Both the position numbers and the translations under genes were made by a program. A DNA stretch of 64,000 nt from Mobula hypostoma (taxonomy: Eukaryota): positions 72,046,001 through 72,110,000 of the forward strand of contig NC_086108.1 in NCBI RefSeq assembly GCF_963921235.1, read 5' to 3'. This document shows positions 60,940 to 64,000 of this stretch, piece by piece. How positions within the stretch are numbered: the first letter of the stretch is position 1; each line of letters opens with the position of its first letter. The notes beneath the pieces were generated by a model. It was not told the DNA's origin, did no database searches, and saw only the letters and a program-made list of their open reading frames with translations.

Positions 60940-61566
60940 TAGTTTGGAGTTCGGAATAGAAGGATGTCCCTTCAGAAAAGAGATGGGGAGAAATTTCTTT
61001 AGCCAGAGGGTGGTCATTCTGTGGAATGCATTAGCACAGGTGACTGTGGAGGCCATGCCATTTGGTATACTTAAAGTAGAGGTTGATAGCTTCTTGATTA
61101 ATAAAGATATCAAAGGTTACAGGAAGAGGGCCGGAGAATGGGGATTAGAGTGGGGATTAAATCAGCCATGAAGGAATGATGGAGCAGACTCAATGGGCTG
61201 ACTGGTCTAATTCTGCTCCCATGTCCTGTGGTCTTATGTTTTATCAAGCAGGAAGTACAGAAGCCTGAAGTCACCAACCACCAGCTTCAAAAACAGATAT
61301 TTCCCTTCAGTCTTTCAGTTCTTGAACTAACCAGTGAAACCAAATCATAGCATTGAGTGACACTAGGACAGCGTTAACTATTTTGCACTGAAAGAAACAG
61401 TCTTTTTATTTTATTCTATTTGTATTTTCTTGTAAAACTTTCATAAATATATGTTCTTCCTTTGAATGCTGCTTGTATGATTGTATGTGCCTTTGCTGTG
61501 GCAAGCATGTTTTCATTGCATCTGTGCATACATGTACCTATGACAATAATCTCAATTTAGACTTTG
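60940..61566 (+). mobile_element. CR1 3' fragment (~60940-61238) followed by a Rex/Babar tail (~61245-61566)
   Basis: ORF 60935-61171 FRKEMGRNFFSQRVVILWNAL; then CAGGAAGTACAGAAGCCTGAAG...GACAATAATCTCAATTTAGACTTTGA. Confidence 0.8.
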
Positions 61567-61667
61567 AGTATGGATAGATTCGGCACTATGCCATCATAAG
61601 AATATGACTGCAAATAACACAGAAGAACTCAAAGTAGATTTGTTATTTATTTTATTATTTTGAATTT

Positions 61668-62618
61668 CCATGGAGGTCGGTGACCAGTGATATTCCGCAG
61701 GGATCTGTTCTGGGACCCTTCCTCTTTGTGATTTTTATAAATGACCTGGATGAAGAAGTAGAAGGGTGGGTTAGTAAGTTTGCAGATGACACAAAGGTTG
61801 AGGGTGTTGTGGATAGTCTAGAGGGTTGTCAGAGATTACAGCGGGATAGCGATAAGATGCAGAACTGGGCTGAGAAGTGGCAGATGGACTTCAACCCAGA
61901 TAAGTGTGAAGTGGTTCATTTTGGTAGGTTCAATTTGAAGACAAATTATAATATAAATGATAAGACACTAGGCAGTGTGGAGGATCTGAGAGACCTTGGG
62001 GTCCGCGTCAATAGGACACTCAAAGCTACTGCGCGGGTTGATGGTGTTGTTAAGAAGGTGTATGGTGTGTTGGCATTCATCAACTGTGAGATTGAGTTCA
62101 AGGGCCATGAGGTAATGTTACAGCTATATAAGACCTTGGTCAGACCCCAATTGGAGTACTGTGTTCAATTTTGGTCACTTCAGAATGCAGAGGAGATTTA
62201 CAAGGATGTTGTCAGGATTGGAGGGCGTACCTTATGAGAATAGGTTGAGTGTACTTGGCCTTTTCTCCTTGGAGTGACGGAGGATGAAATGTGACCTGAA
62301 AGAGGTGTATAAGATGATGAGGGGCATTGATCGTGTGGATACCCAGAGGCTTTTTCTCAGGGCTGAAATGGCTAACACGAGGGGGCATAGTTTTAAGGTG
62401 CTTGGTAATAGGTACCAAAGGGATGTCAGGTGTAAGTTTTTCCACACAGAGAGTGGTGGGTGCGTGGAATGCACTGCCGGAGGCGGTGGTGGAAACAGAT
62501 GCAATAGGTTCTTTTAAGAGCCTCTTAGATAGTTTCATGGTGCTTTGAAAAATGGAGGTCTATGCGCTAAGGAAATTCTAGGCAGTCTCTAGAGGAGGTT
62601 ACATGGTGAGCACAACAG
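61668..62618 (+). mobile_element. CR1 RT-to-3' fragment
   Basis: ORF 61680-62237 PQGSVLGPFLFVIFINDLD...SKFADDTK...WQMDFNPDKCEVVHFG...YKTLVRPQLEYC. Confidence 0.92.
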
Positions 62619-62624
62619 AGCACC

Positions 62625-64000
62625 CCACTTAAATTAGAAACAAACTAAGATCCGTTCTCCTGGGCTCCCATCTTTTTCTTGTAATTAGATTTATGTTTTG
62701 GAGTTACAAAACACAACAGTGACAACAAGGGATTTTTAAAATAACCTGAGATGTCCACCTATCTATTGAAGCACAATGAGATGTTTGAGTTTTTAAAAAT
62801 GCAGCAAAACGGCTAAATAAAAAAAGCAGCGCCTCACGTGTTCCTTCAGAAAAAGAGACAGAAATGATTAAGTTTTTAAAAGGCAGAAGTGGACTAAATT
62901 CACAGGTTAATAAACATTGAGTACTGGCTGATAATAATCATAAAAAAAGAGCAGAAATAGCTGGTTACATCAGAAAGACTGATGAATTTGATTACACAAT
63001 AGATAACTGGATATTATATATGAAGTGGATTGAACAGTATTTTAAAGCCAGTGAAATAGCCAATGTGAAACAAATATCAGTTTTGCAGAGTGCATTGGGT
63101 ATAAAAGCATACAGTTCTCTTCAAAGTTAAACTGCTCCAACCAAACCAACCAAAATGAGGTTTGCTGATGAGCTTTGCTGAAATTGTGAAAGTAATGCAG
63201 GAGTATTTAGAACTGAAACCATTATTGTTTGGAGAACACTTTAGATTTGATAAGTGGAATCATAACTAAGGGGAGTCCATTTCAGTGTATGGGACTGAAT
63301 TAAAGAGATTGGCTGAGCTTTGCCAGTTCAGTAAAGGGCTTAATGATGAACTAGGAGATCATTTAGTTCTGGAATCTTACAATAAATCATTCAAAAATGG
63401 CTCCTAACTGAAGCACAACTTACATTTAAATGACAACAGCAGAAAGAAATGCAATTGAATTGCAGTCAGGAATGAACAAAATTGCAACATCTGGATGGAG
63501 GTCTGGCTGGCTGAACCAATTGTGTTACCATTTTGGCAAGGGCTCACATATACCAGACCAATGCAGGTTTACTTGCAGAAAATGAAACAAAGTAGGACAC
63601 GTATAAAGATCTTATCAGACGGACAAAAATAAATGGACTGCAAAGGGAAGAGAAAAGGCTAAAAAGTCAAAATGCAGTTTCAAAAGAGCACTAATCTGCA
63701 CGCTGTTGATGAAATATCTGATAATGATGAGAGTGGCTCATAACTGGGTAGCCTTGAGAATGACAAAGTGAAAACTAACACTAGACAAGCAATATATTTT
63801 ATACCAGAAGTGAATGGTAAATTAATAAAAAAAGGAATAGGACACAGGCTTGGCTGTTTCAGTCATTCCACAAAATGAGTTTTAATGGCATTTCAAAGAT
63901 ACTGAACTGATGCCTGCAGATATTCAACTAAGTACTTCTACTGGAAAAAAGATAACTCCTGTAGGAATGACATCTATAAAAGCAAAATGCAACAAACAAC
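62625..64000 (+). mobile_element. Decayed second Gypsy (Mag-type): end of 5' LTR, PBS remnant, gag, start of protease; runs off the window
   Basis: LTR-like end ...AAACACAACA followed by GTGACAACAAGG; gag-like AGYIRKTDEFDYTIDNWILYMKWIEQYFKA...APTKP...GESISVY..ELKRLAELCQF with stops; protease-like region near 63835-63870. Confidence 0.8.

Noticed and set aside
1..64000. Prokaryotic-type systems (operons, CRISPR arrays, defence loci) and most of the short ORFs in the supplied track
   Set aside because: The DNA is eukaryotic and repeat-rich. I saw no regularly spaced repeat-spacer array. The short ORFs are transposon fragments, their antisense shadows, or chance-length frames.

Overview
Repeat-saturated vertebrate DNA, probably intronic or intergenic, with no confidently identifiable host protein-coding gene. 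The element mix (many CR1 LINEs, V-domain tRNA SINEs, Rex1/Babar, Penelope, Tc1) suggests a cartilaginous fish such as a ray or shark; this is inference. Main contents: a full-length but internally deleted Ty3/Gypsy element with both LTRs and a 5-bp TSD (41839-45660); two solo LTRs with 4-bp TSDs; two IR/DR Tc1 transposons; an RTE LINE with an inverted 5' half; two Penelope families carrying minimal hammerhead ribozyme motifs; many CR1 and Rex/Babar fragments, often nested; and a decayed second Gypsy at the right edge. Most interesting signal: the Gypsy has no tRNA primer-binding site. The 14 nt after its 5' LTR are instead the reverse complement of the LTR's own AATAAA region and close a long R-U5 hairpin, suggesting self-priming and/or masking of the 5' poly(A) signal. 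The window also preserves several templated-insertion scars. Coordinates of old, decayed repeats are approximate (read by eye).
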